64,000 nt of DNA, from positions 1,411 to 65,410 of IMG/VR virus record IMGVR_UViG_3300005366_000001, one strand, 5' to 3'. Origin of the DNA: a virus (taxonomy: Duplodnaviria; Caudoviricetes). The position numbers and the translations under genes were made by a program. Under the pieces are notes generated by a model, which searched no databases, was not told the DNA's origin, and saw nothing but the letters and a program-made list of their open reading frames with translations. This document shows, in pieces, positions 27,977-36,745 of this stretch. The stretch's first letter is position 1, and each line of letters opens with the position of its first letter.

Positions 27977-28149
27977 ATGATGAAGCCTTGTCAATAAGTT
28001 TCGGCATTCCACCGTGGGATCTGAAATACGTCGCCATTCACTATCAGGAAAGGCGGCGTGTTTATTTAATGGCCCGTTACGAGGCGCGAATGGAACTAGC
28101 AAAGAAGCACGAATGCAGTCCTGAGAAGGTTGTATTACCGGAGTTCTGA
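27886..28149 (+). CDS. Tail assembly chaperone GT extension (-1 frameshift)
   Basis: A AAA AAA slippery site; the -1 frame stays open to 28149 (FGIPPWDL). Confidence 0.75.
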   Translation, partial: KKKGGRGNRGDLGELAQWYKGTSRSRPDWVDDEALSISFGIPPWDLKYVAIHYQERRRVYLMARYEARMELAKKHECSPEKVVLPEF

Positions 28150-30692
28150 TGTCGATTGAGATTGGAAGATTAACAGCAGTCTTCGATGCTGACACGCGAA
28201 AGTTAGACTCGTCGCTAAAGGCGTCAGAGGAGCGCATTAAATCCCTCCGCGCAAACATAGCATCAATCAAAACGGACGACATCGGGTTTAAGTCACAACG
28301 AATAGCTGGCCTAAAGAGCTTGCTCGACAAGGCTCTCAGCGATCATAAGGCTCTTCAGGCCGCACAGAAGGCAACGGCTCAAAGCGCCAAGGCTATGTCA
28401 AACGACATGAAGGCGGCGCTTGATGTTATCTCGCCTCGTCTCGGTAGGCTGACAGAACTAGCAGGACCACTGACGGCAGTCGCGGTAGGGCTGGCTGCCA
28501 TTGCGGGGGTTGCAGTAGGTTTGTTTGAGCTCGCTAAGTCGGCCGCCAAAACAGGCGGTGATTTATTCGACCTTTCGCAAAAAACCGCTTTCACGGTTGA
28601 GACTCTCTCAGGTCTGTCGATTGTCGCAAAAACAACCGGATCGGATATCAACGGACTGTCTCCGTCTCTCGTAATCTTTCAAAAGAATATGGAGGCGGCT
28701 AGCGACGCCACCAGCAAGCAAGGCCGATTATTCCGCAGTTTGTCAATCGACACCCACGACAACGAGAAGGCTTTAAGACAGGCATTCGCCGCATTGGGAA
28801 GGATGCGTGAGGGTTCGCAGCAAACCGCGCTTGCAATGCAGTTGTTTGGGCGGTCTGGTAAGGACGTATTAGCAATCGTCAAAGAGACGAACGGCAACCT
28901 TGACGCAGCAATCAAACGATATGGCGACATGGGGCTGATCATCTCAACAGGGGCCGCAGCAGCCAGCGACAAGTTTAACGATCTACTAGAAGAGACAACC
29001 TTACAACTTGAAGCGGTGACGCGAAGCATTGGCATGGAACTGCTACCCGTTGTGACCGATGCGTTGCAAAGTATTTCCGCCGGCTTGCGAGCGAATAAAG
29101 ACGAATGGGCCTCATGGGGAACATCTATCGCCAATGTCATGCGCGGTCTTAGTGTGGCGGTGCATAGCGAACTCGGACAAATGCTTGGTCGCATCTCAGA
29201 GTTTAGTATCAAGTGGCTATCTCTAACGGGCTTAATTGTTCAGGGTCTTGGTGCGCTTGGTGCCGGCGCTGACAAGCCCAGCGAGGATTTCTTTGGTCCG
29301 GGTGGTGCTGGACGCGGTGGAAGAAAGACCCTGCCCGGCACGCCTGAATTTAAGGCCGCTCAACGAAGATTAGGATCTGATCTTCCAAGCCTAGCAGGCG
29401 GCGGAGGCAAGAAAGGCGGAGGTGGTGGCGAAGATCCGGCAAAGACGGCACAGCGAATTGCATCGCTTCAGCTCGAAGCGGTGATTAATGGGTTAAAGGC
29501 CGAACAGGAAGCAAATAGACGTGCTCTGGATCTTCGTCGTCGTGACTTCAACGATTACGCGAATCGCTACATGGTAATTGAAAACCGTCGCCATGATGCG
29601 GTGATAGCTGGACTTGATAAGGAAAAGGGGGCCGCGGAGAAGTTAAAGAAGGGTCGCGAAGTTGCGTTACAGGAGATCGCAAACAAGCGCACAGAAGAAA
29701 ACACGACTCACGAGCAAAACCGAAACAAGGTACTGGATGAGCGTGGCAAAATTCTAGATCAGATAAATGACTTCCTCCGCGATCAGGATCGGGAAATCTC
29801 AGGGCTGACAACTTCAACCGATCAGTGGGATCAGGCATATCAACAATTAGTTGACACGCTGAAAGAAGAAGGAGTCACGCTTGAGGAGAATACTAAAAGC
29901 CGCATTGAATCAAATATCGCGATACTCAAAGAAATCGATCTCGTAAAACAGCAAATTCGTGTACGTCAGGTATTGAAAGACTCAACTCGTGATCGCTTTG
30001 AAACCAGAGCAGGAAGAGAAAGACCGCCGTGGATTGATCTTGGTGGAGGCTCTACCGTGGGAGGTGAGCCAGCAACAACCACTAGACCACGTATCGCGAC
30101 TGCGGACGAACAAGTCATGCGTGACCAGCTAGAAAGAATCCGCGGACGAATGCGCGATCTCGGGTTTGAATTAACTGACATCTTTGCTCAAAGTGTAGGC
30201 GATGGATTCAATCGAGGAATCAAATCAGGACTCGAAAGCCTCTCGCTTGGCTTACTGCGCATAGTTGAGGATGTCTTTCTGAGACGGATGGCAAAAGGAC
30301 TCGGAGATCTACTCGGTAACATCGGAACGGGAAGCGATGGGGGTGGAGGATTCTTTGGCGGACTACTGAAATCTATACTCGGTAGCGTAGCAGGAGTCCG
30401 CGGCGGCGGGTCTGCTGGCGGATTAGGAACCGGGATCGCTGGTGCTATCGGTCGTGATTCTGGTGGTCCTCTGTGGCCTAAGCAACTTTATAAAGTTCAC
30501 AAAGATGAATACATTGTGCCGACAGCTCCGGGGTTTGTGATACCAAAGGGCGGCATGGGCCAGCAAACAGTTGTTAATAAATACTACACAATCCAATTAC
30601 CGCCTGATTCGCGTGGTAGCTACAACTCGCCCCGATCCAAACGCCAACTCAGTGAGACTTTGATAGCAGCGTTAGAGGCTTCCAAAGCATAA
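28149..30692 (+). CDS. Tape measure protein
   Basis: 847 aa, Ala-rich helical, AMQLFGRSG, C-terminal RDSGG. Confidence 0.9.
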   Translation: MSIEIGRLTAVFDADTRKLDSSLKASEERIKSLRANIASIKTDDIGFKSQRIAGLKSLLDKALSDHKALQAAQKATAQSAKAMSNDMKAALDVISPRLGRLTELAGPLTAVAVGLAAIAGVAVGLFELAKSAAKTGGDLFDLSQKTAFTVETLSGLSIVAKTTGSDINGLSPSLVIFQKNMEAASDATSKQGRLFRSLSIDTHDNEKALRQAFAALGRMREGSQQTALAMQLFGRSGKDVLAIVKETNGNLDAAIKRYGDMGLIISTGAAAASDKFNDLLEETTLQLEAVTRSIGMELLPVVTDALQSISAGLRANKDEWASWGTSIANVMRGLSVAVHSELGQMLGRISEFSIKWLSLTGLIVQGLGALGAGADKPSEDFFGPGGAGRGGRKTLPGTPEFKAAQRRLGSDLPSLAGGGGKKGGGGGEDPAKTAQRIASLQLEAVINGLKAEQEANRRALDLRRRDFNDYANRYMVIENRRHDAVIAGLDKEKGAAEKLKKGREVALQEIANKRTEENTTHEQNRNKVLDERGKILDQINDFLRDQDREISGLTTSTDQWDQAYQQLVDTLKEEGVTLEENTKSRIESNIAILKEIDLVKQQIRVRQVLKDSTRDRFETRAGRERPPWIDLGGGSTVGGEPATTTRPRIATADEQVMRDQLERIRGRMRDLGFELTDIFAQSVGDGFNRGIKSGLESLSLGLLRIVEDVFLRRMAKGLGDLLGNIGTGSDGGGGFFGGLLKSILGSVAGVRGGGSAGGLGTGIAGAIGRDSGGPLWPKQLYKVHKDEYIVPTAPGFVIPKGGMGQQTVVNKYYTIQLPPDSRGSYNSPRSKRQLSETLIAALEASKA

Positions 30693-30693
30693 G

Positions 30694-31419
30694 ATGGCTA
30701 TACTCTTCGATGAGCTATTGTTTGATTCTTCCCTCTTGACCGAGGAGTCGGCAGTTGGTTCGCCTGAGTATGCGAACACAATGATTCGCAACCCCGCAAC
30801 AGGGGTTTATAAGACTAATGTCAATCGCTACGACTTTCAGAACGTTTGGAATATCAACACGAACCTCTTGAGTCCGGCACAGCTTGACTACTTCATTGAG
30901 TTTTGGGCAGGGGGGTTCGGCTCAGCTTATGGGTTTCGCATCCGGATCATCACCGACTTCTATATGATCGATGAAGTGATTGGGACGGGTAATGGCTCAC
31001 AGACCGTCTTCCCGATCATCCGCACTTACACGCGGCCGGGCGCAAGCCATAACTATCAGCGGAGGATCATCAAGCCAGTCGTAGTTCCCTCGCCTTTAGG
31101 TTCTAGTGTGGCTCTGTTTGAAGCGAACGGAACAACGAATCGGATTATTCCCAGCGCACTTGGGGCAGCTTTAGGTGTGCCAGCTTTCACGGTGAAGCTC
31201 AATACGACACCAACAACCGCGTACACTATTAACAACACAACAGGCGTGATCACTATGAACTCTGCGCCGGGTGCAGGAGTGAGCGTAAAAGTCTCCTGTG
31301 AATATGACACGGCTGTGCAATTCCTGAATAACTCATATCAAATGAAGCCGGGTGTTAGTTCCGACGTAGGCGGTTTGCAGTTGTGCGAGATACTACCCGC
31401 GACTCTTGGTATTACTTAA
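30694..31419 (+). CDS. Distal tail protein, DUF2460/GTA-like
   Basis: GSPEY, GSAYGFR, GTGNGSQTVF, RRIIKPV, APGAGV...CEYDTAVQF. Confidence 0.85.
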   Translation: MAILFDELLFDSSLLTEESAVGSPEYANTMIRNPATGVYKTNVNRYDFQNVWNINTNLLSPAQLDYFIEFWAGGFGSAYGFRIRIITDFYMIDEVIGTGNGSQTVFPIIRTYTRPGASHNYQRRIIKPVVVPSPLGSSVALFEANGTTNRIIPSALGAALGVPAFTVKLNTTPTTAYTINNTTGVITMNSAPGAGVSVKVSCEYDTAVQFLNNSYQMKPGVSSDVGGLQLCEILPATLGIT

Positions 31420-31426
31420 ATCCGTT

Positions 31427-32275
31427 ATGACCGTTTCAGTTTCCATGATCAGTCACCTAGCGTCCAATGTTTCGTTTATAGTTCCGATCTGGTCCATGCT
31501 TTCTGCCGATGGTACTCGCGCCTCATATTGCGCTCACACCCGAAACTTAACCTACAACTCACTCGCCTACACCGCCGCTCCCGTCGAGCCCTCCCGTTTC
31601 TCTCAAACTCTAGGACTCGACGCCAACCACGTAGAACTCTTTGGGGTATTTGATGACATCGTGACGGAAGAAAACCTACAAGGTGGGAAGTGGAAGAACG
31701 CAGAGATCGTGTTCGAGTACATTGCATACGATCCTGCAACTGGCGCAGCAAGCACAACTGTTATCGGATCAGTCGGGAAAATGAAGGGGCAAGCGGGAAA
31801 GTTTTCAATCAATAACGGATCTTTCAGGATGGAGTTTAGATCGCTGTCGGATTTGTTGAATCAAGAAATAGGAGAGCTCACGAGTCCGATGGCGCGTAAT
31901 CGGCAACTCTCGGATCTGGTTTCTGACGTTGCGCCCTACACGTTTGCCCGCACAATTACCGCGTTCACCGATCGTCGCAACTTCACAGTCAACGGCACCG
32001 CGCAAGTCAACGACTATTTCAAGTACGGCAAGGTGACTTTCACGAGCGGCGCTAACAACGGGCGCTCAATGGAAATTAAAGCCAGCGTTGGAAACGTGAT
32101 CGAGTTACAGCTTCCAATGTTGGGTGTAATCGCCATCGGCAATACCGTCTCACTTGTTGCCGGGTTTGATGGTAGCAGGGAGCAAGCGAGAGACAAATTC
32201 GGCGCAATGGAAAACTTTAATGGTGAACCGGACTTGCCCGGAATTGCGCAAGCGATCCTGAAGTATCCAGAATGA
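31427..32275 (+). CDS. Baseplate hub, DUF2163/GTA-like
   Basis: GKVTFTSGANNG, AGFDGS...KFGAMENFNGEPDLPG. Confidence 0.85.
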   Translation: MTVSVSMISHLASNVSFIVPIWSMLSADGTRASYCAHTRNLTYNSLAYTAAPVEPSRFSQTLGLDANHVELFGVFDDIVTEENLQGGKWKNAEIVFEYIAYDPATGAASTTVIGSVGKMKGQAGKFSINNGSFRMEFRSLSDLLNQEIGELTSPMARNRQLSDLVSDVAPYTFARTITAFTDRRNFTVNGTAQVNDYFKYGKVTFTSGANNGRSMEIKASVGNVIELQLPMLGVIAIGNTVSLVAGFDGSREQARDKFGAMENFNGEPDLPGIAQAILKYPE

Positions 32276-32279
32276 GTGA

Positions 32280-32376
32280 TTTTAAGCAGGAGACAGGTGA
32301 TCAGCCTGTTTGTCCGCTACCGTGACGGTCTGTTGGGCGCTCCTGCTAAGTCGCCCCGCGGATTTGAACCGCAATC
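32280..32376 (-). ncRNA. Putative structured antisense RNA with a T-arm and an acceptor/T-like helix
   Basis: TATAAT at 32388-32383 on -; GCGG-UUCAAAU-CCGC; AGCAGGAG/CUCCUGCU helix stacked on ACAGG-CUGAUCA-CCUGU. Confidence 0.6.
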
Positions 32377-32391
32377 AAGTTAATTATACCG

Positions 32392-32892
32392 ATGTCAACC
32401 ACACTTGCACAACGAATAGTCAGTGAAGCGGAGACGTGGATCGGCACCAGATATCAAGAACAGGGTCGTCTGAAATTCCAAGGCGTTGACTGCGTTGGCT
32501 TCATTTCCGAAGTCGCCAAAGGCGCTGGCATTAAGACCGTCGTTATTCCGAGTAACTATACGTCGAGCGGCGACGGAACAGTGATGCTTGGTTTACTTCG
32601 TGAACACATGACGATGGTAGCAACCGAAGACATGCAGGCCGGTGACGTCCTGGCCTTTTGCGATCAGGCGCTACAGGAGCCCGATGTGCCGCGGCATTTG
32701 GCATTCGTGCAGGAAGTAACACCAAAGACTGCTTTCATCATTCACAGTTCTGAGCACGGAGTTAGAAGACACCGGATAGATGCGGCGTGGCGTCGGAGAA
32801 TTCATTCAGTGTGGAGAATCAAAGAAGACACAGATCCGAAGATTCAAATCGCCCCTAACGCATTTATTCCGTTAGACGCGTTTGTTGAGTAA
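32392..32892 (+). CDS. NlpC/P60 tail-associated peptidase
   Basis: WIGTRY..QGR...GVDCVGFI (Cys), PRHLA (His), IIHS. Confidence 0.9.
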   Translation: MSTTLAQRIVSEAETWIGTRYQEQGRLKFQGVDCVGFISEVAKGAGIKTVVIPSNYTSSGDGTVMLGLLREHMTMVATEDMQAGDVLAFCDQALQEPDVPRHLAFVQEVTPKTAFIIHSSEHGVRRHRIDAAWRRRIHSVWRIKEDTDPKIQIAPNAFIPLDAFVE

Positions 32893-32906
32893 TCGAATGA
32901 GAAACG

Positions 32907-33014
32907 AAAAAAGCAGAGCGTTGGCCCTGCTCTTTCCGGCAGGCGTGTTTGCCGATTTCACCAGATCAGCCGCGCGCAGCCGATCACGGGACTTGAACCC
33001 GTAGACTCCTGCTC
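32907..33014 (-). ncRNA. Circularly permuted tRNA-like RNA (YrlA-like topology) with its own promoter and terminator
   Basis: TTGAGT-16-TATAAT, then GCAGG, AGUCU, T-arm, closed 7-bp acceptor stem, UG, D-arm, CCUGC, then terminator hairpin and U6. Confidence 0.8.
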
Positions 33015-33031
33015 AATGAAATTATAGACGC

Positions 33032-36000
33032 ATGATCGAAGAACTCAAAGAGAAATGCCAAGCCCTCGCGATCCGACAGCGCAAGGATCTCGAAGTGCGC
33101 AAGCGCGAAGAACTTGAATCCGCTCTTGAAGAGCACAGGGTTGCCGATCCCTTTAGCAGCACGATCCTGATTGGTCTCTTAGTGTCCTCTGCCGTTTCTG
33201 CGGCCTCCTACCTGATTTCAGCCGCTTTTGCTCCTAAGACTCCCCGTCAACAGCAAGGTAAGCTAACAGGCTCCTTACAACTTCAGAATTCCGAGCAGGG
33301 CATATTCATACCCGAAATCTACGGAGGAAGCCCTACAACGAGTTTGGTTGCCGGGGCTAACCCTACCTACCAGAATCTTGCAAACGTCACTTCAGGGGCA
33401 AATGGGAGCATAACAAAGACCTCTGGAGGCACAACCTGGAACGCGGGCGCAAGTCATAACGTCGCTATTACGGCCGGGCAGGACGCCTTCTTTCAATTCA
33501 CGGTAGGCACCGGGTACGCAACTGCGGGGTTCACGTTAGATTCAAGCCCGACCAGCGGAAATACTGACTTTCTGTTTGCGATTCAATGGAACCCGGACGG
33601 TTCAATCACAATCAAGTACAACTCAACTCAATTACTCGGGGCTGTAACTACCTACGTGGCGGGCGATGTCTTTCGACTAGAATTGCGATCTGGCAGATTC
33701 AGACTTTACAAAGGTTCGGCTGAGATCGTGCCACCTAACTTTATCTTCCCTTCTCCAAGCTATCCACTCTACATGGGGATTGCCATGCAGTTTATTGGGG
33801 CTGGCATCTCTGCCGGCAAGGTTCAGATCGGATCCATTGGCGCAGCACCGAACTCAGGTCGAGGCGGGATTAAGGTTCCAGCGATCATTATTTGGAGTTC
33901 GGGAATACGAAAACTAGTCACGACAACTCAAGTCGCCACAGGTGGAGGTAAAGGATTCGGACATCATACGCAGACCGTTGATAACATTACTTACAACATC
34001 GACCTTGGATTAATGTTTGGGCGTGGCCCGAACAGCCTGATCCGTCTCTATGCCAACGCCGACATCCTGATAGATCAATTCTCTCAATCGCCTAATCCCT
34101 CGGGCGTTTACGATCCGACTGTTGGCCCTGATCCTGATTACGATCCGAAATTACCGCCTGACCCAACACTGAATCACATGCCGTCATTCTTGCGCATCGA
34201 TGGAGACATTCCATTCGACGGTGACAATGTAGGCACGGGAACAATTCAGGGCGGTGGGTCTGGCTTTGCAATTTATCCCGGCAATAACACTCAGCAACCC
34301 GATCCAACGATTGAAGCCGACATAGATGGAAAATTTGGAGCGGGATCTACGCCTGCCTATCGGAACCATTCTTTAACAGTGCTCTCAACTCTGTCGTTGT
34401 CACGCTGGGGTGGCGTCGTTCCTAACATTACTGGAGTTTGGGAACATGAGACCTTCAGAACGCTTGATTTGATCTACGCCTCGTTATGCGATCGCGTGGG
34501 ACTATCAAGTACCGATTACGACTTCTCGGATATTGAAATCGCATCCCGCGGCTTATTGATTTCCGGCCGTCCCTTTCAGCCAAAAGAGATTATCGGCTCT
34601 CCCGATCTGCAACTGGCCTATAACTACTTCGTCACTGAAGCGGATGGTCAGATTGTTGGTTACACCGAAGGCAACGAACCGTCCATCACTATTCCTGATA
34701 CAGAGATTGGATGGCTTGAAGGCGATGCGGATTTACCAGACATCGCGCCAGAAGTCGAGTCGATGATAGCTTCTGAAATCAGTCTCCCGCGCGAGGTGCA
34801 TGTCAAGTCACTGGATCCTGACAAAGACTGGGAACCAAATACGGCGAGCGCAATGAGACAGATCACCGATGGCTCGAAAGTCGAATTACTGGAAATTCAG
34901 ATCTGCCAATTATCGGATGAGCGCAGAGAAACTGCACAGCGAAAACTCTATCGTGACTATGTAGCTGGAACTGCTCACAAATTCACTCTCCCGTGGACCT
35001 ATCTCTATTTGCATCCCGGTTACAAGATCACAATTACCCGAGCTGAAGGCTTCACGCATGTAATGAGGCTGACTTCTATTTCTGGAGGGATCGGAATTCT
35101 TGAGTGTGAAGGGATCGCGTTAGAGCCTGAGACATTTAATCAACCCGCAAATGGAGTCTTTCCGCCCGGTTACATTCCACCACAACCTATCCCTGCAATG
35201 ATCGTTATGTCGATGATTGACTTGCCTCTATTCCGTGAGGCTGACGCAGGTAAACTAGGCTTTTATGCAGGCGGCACACCGCGCACAGGCGTTAATCAAT
35301 CGTTTCAAGGATGGACCTTACAGTCCCAACGTAATAGCGTTTGGTCTTTACGAGCATCCTCAAACCTCCCTGCAACCATCGGGGCGGTTGTCAGCGCCAC
35401 TGCCCTATCAGACGATCCCACTACGTTTGATAATGTCGGTACGATTACGATCGATCTCTACGGCACCGACATGACCCTTTCATCCGTGACTGAGGCGGAT
35501 GTTTTAGTGGGTATAAACAAGTCCGCGATCAAGGACTTCATATGTGGGTTTAAAACCGCGACTCAGGTTGCGGGCTTTCCGAATCGATGGACACTCAGCG
35601 GGCTACTGAACGGACTGCACGAAACGTCCACACAAGTTGCCGGCGATTTAACCGGAGCAAGGTTTGTATTACTCGATCAAGCTGTAGTCTTTGTTCCCAC
35701 TACCGAAGATGAACTAAACCTACTACTTGATTACCGCGGGGTTGCTAATGGACAATCTTTAGGCGATGCGGCCACGTTTGAATTTGCGTGGACCGGGCAG
35801 ATCCTGAAACCCGAGCGGCCAACCTCAATCGATGGCCAATTCGATCTAGCCGATGGCTCTCTGTTGGCCGAATGGGAGAATGAGATCTTCCTAACCGCCG
35901 ATGATACTTACGACTTCATTGTCAGAAGTGCGGCGGATGGTGGCGGCTCAGTACTGTTTGGGCCGATTGAAATTAAGCCTTTGGATTTAGCGAGAGTATC

Positions 36001-36745
36001 CAACACACCGCCACTGTTAGCGATAGAACCTTCGAGTGATTATCTACCGCTAACCGCATATACATATGTTGTGCCCGGTGGCTTTGACGCGACTTATACC
36101 AAAGCACAATGGAATGGCACTATCACTCTTCCTTTGATTTCCGACGTCACGATTGCTGACAACTTCACGGTCCGGGGAGGCGCATTTCTCGAAATGCAAG
36201 TTCCCGATGCGTTCGATCCGCTTAACAATACTCTGGTTCCATCGACTTTCGGATTCATTCAGAAAGTGGCTGCTACTGTGTTTGCTTCGTGGTTATTTGA
36301 TCGGGAGCTGACCGAAGTTGGCTTGCCAGTAACCGCGCGCCCAATTGATGCTGTAGGGAGCGATTTCGATTACACAATCAGTTCGCGCGATCGATTCTCT
36401 ATTCACATTCAACCAGACGGTACAGTGACCTTTTACATTAACTATCAAGGCGCGATGTCCGAGCCTTGGTACATCTCGCCTAATCGAGTTGATGTAACAG
36501 TTCTGCACCGTGCTTACTATCTAAATGAGCCGGGCTATGAAATCGCTGGAAGCACGCTCACAATTGGCGCTCGCAACACACGCTTGCTTCGCAACGTGCC
36601 TGAATTCCGATACCCCGGCGATGAGCAAAGGAGTCACAATTCAGGATCGTTACCAGCCGCAGTCCATGTAGGCGTGCGCAGGCGATCATCGCATCCGCTT
36701 GGACCACCGAGCGACTGGTTATACGCTACATTTACGAGACCATAA
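33032..36745 (+). CDS. Central tail tip protein (GTA megatron / Phage-tail_3-like)
   Basis: IPEIYG, GGGKG, RLYANADIL, PAYRN, LPREVHV, GARFVLLD. Confidence 0.85.
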   Translation: MIEELKEKCQALAIRQRKDLEVRKREELESALEEHRVADPFSSTILIGLLVSSAVSAASYLISAAFAPKTPRQQQGKLTGSLQLQNSEQGIFIPEIYGGSPTTSLVAGANPTYQNLANVTSGANGSITKTSGGTTWNAGASHNVAITAGQDAFFQFTVGTGYATAGFTLDSSPTSGNTDFLFAIQWNPDGSITIKYNSTQLLGAVTTYVAGDVFRLELRSGRFRLYKGSAEIVPPNFIFPSPSYPLYMGIAMQFIGAGISAGKVQIGSIGAAPNSGRGGIKVPAIIIWSSGIRKLVTTTQVATGGGKGFGHHTQTVDNITYNIDLGLMFGRGPNSLIRLYANADILIDQFSQSPNPSGVYDPTVGPDPDYDPKLPPDPTLNHMPSFLRIDGDIPFDGDNVGTGTIQGGGSGFAIYPGNNTQQPDPTIEADIDGKFGAGSTPAYRNHSLTVLSTLSLSRWGGVVPNITGVWEHETFRTLDLIYASLCDRVGLSSTDYDFSDIEIASRGLLISGRPFQPKEIIGSPDLQLAYNYFVTEADGQIVGYTEGNEPSITIPDTEIGWLEGDADLPDIAPEVESMIASEISLPREVHVKSLDPDKDWEPNTASAMRQITDGSKVELLEIQICQLSDERRETAQRKLYRDYVAGTAHKFTLPWTYLYLHPGYKITITRAEGFTHVMRLTSISGGIGILECEGIALEPETFNQPANGVFPPGYIPPQPIPAMIVMSMIDLPLFREADAGKLGFYAGGTPRTGVNQSFQGWTLQSQRNSVWSLRASSNLPATIGAVVSATALSDDPTTFDNVGTITIDLYGTDMTLSSVTEADVLVGINKSAIKDFICGFKTATQVAGFPNRWTLSGLLNGLHETSTQVAGDLTGARFVLLDQAVVFVPTTEDELNLLLDYRGVANGQSLGDAATFEFAWTGQILKPERPTSIDGQFDLADGSLLAEWENEIFLTADDTYDFIVRSAADGGGSVLFGPIEIKPLDLARVSNTPPLLAIEPSSDYLPLTAYTYVVPGGFDATYTKAQWNGTITLPLISDVTIADNFTVRGGAFLEMQVPDAFDPLNNTLVPSTFGFIQKVAATVFASWLFDRELTEVGLPVTARPIDAVGSDFDYTISSRDRFSIHIQPDGTVTFYINYQGAMSEPWYISPNRVDVTVLHRAYYLNEPGYEIAGSTLTIGARNTRLLRNVPEFRYPGDEQRSHNSGSLPAAVHVGVRRRSSHPLGPPSDWLYATFTRP

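Noticed and set aside
32907-33014. Canonical tRNA gene or tRNA-derived att site
   Set aside because: The halves are in reversed order, there is no CCA or 7-nt anticodon loop, and no integrase lies nearby.
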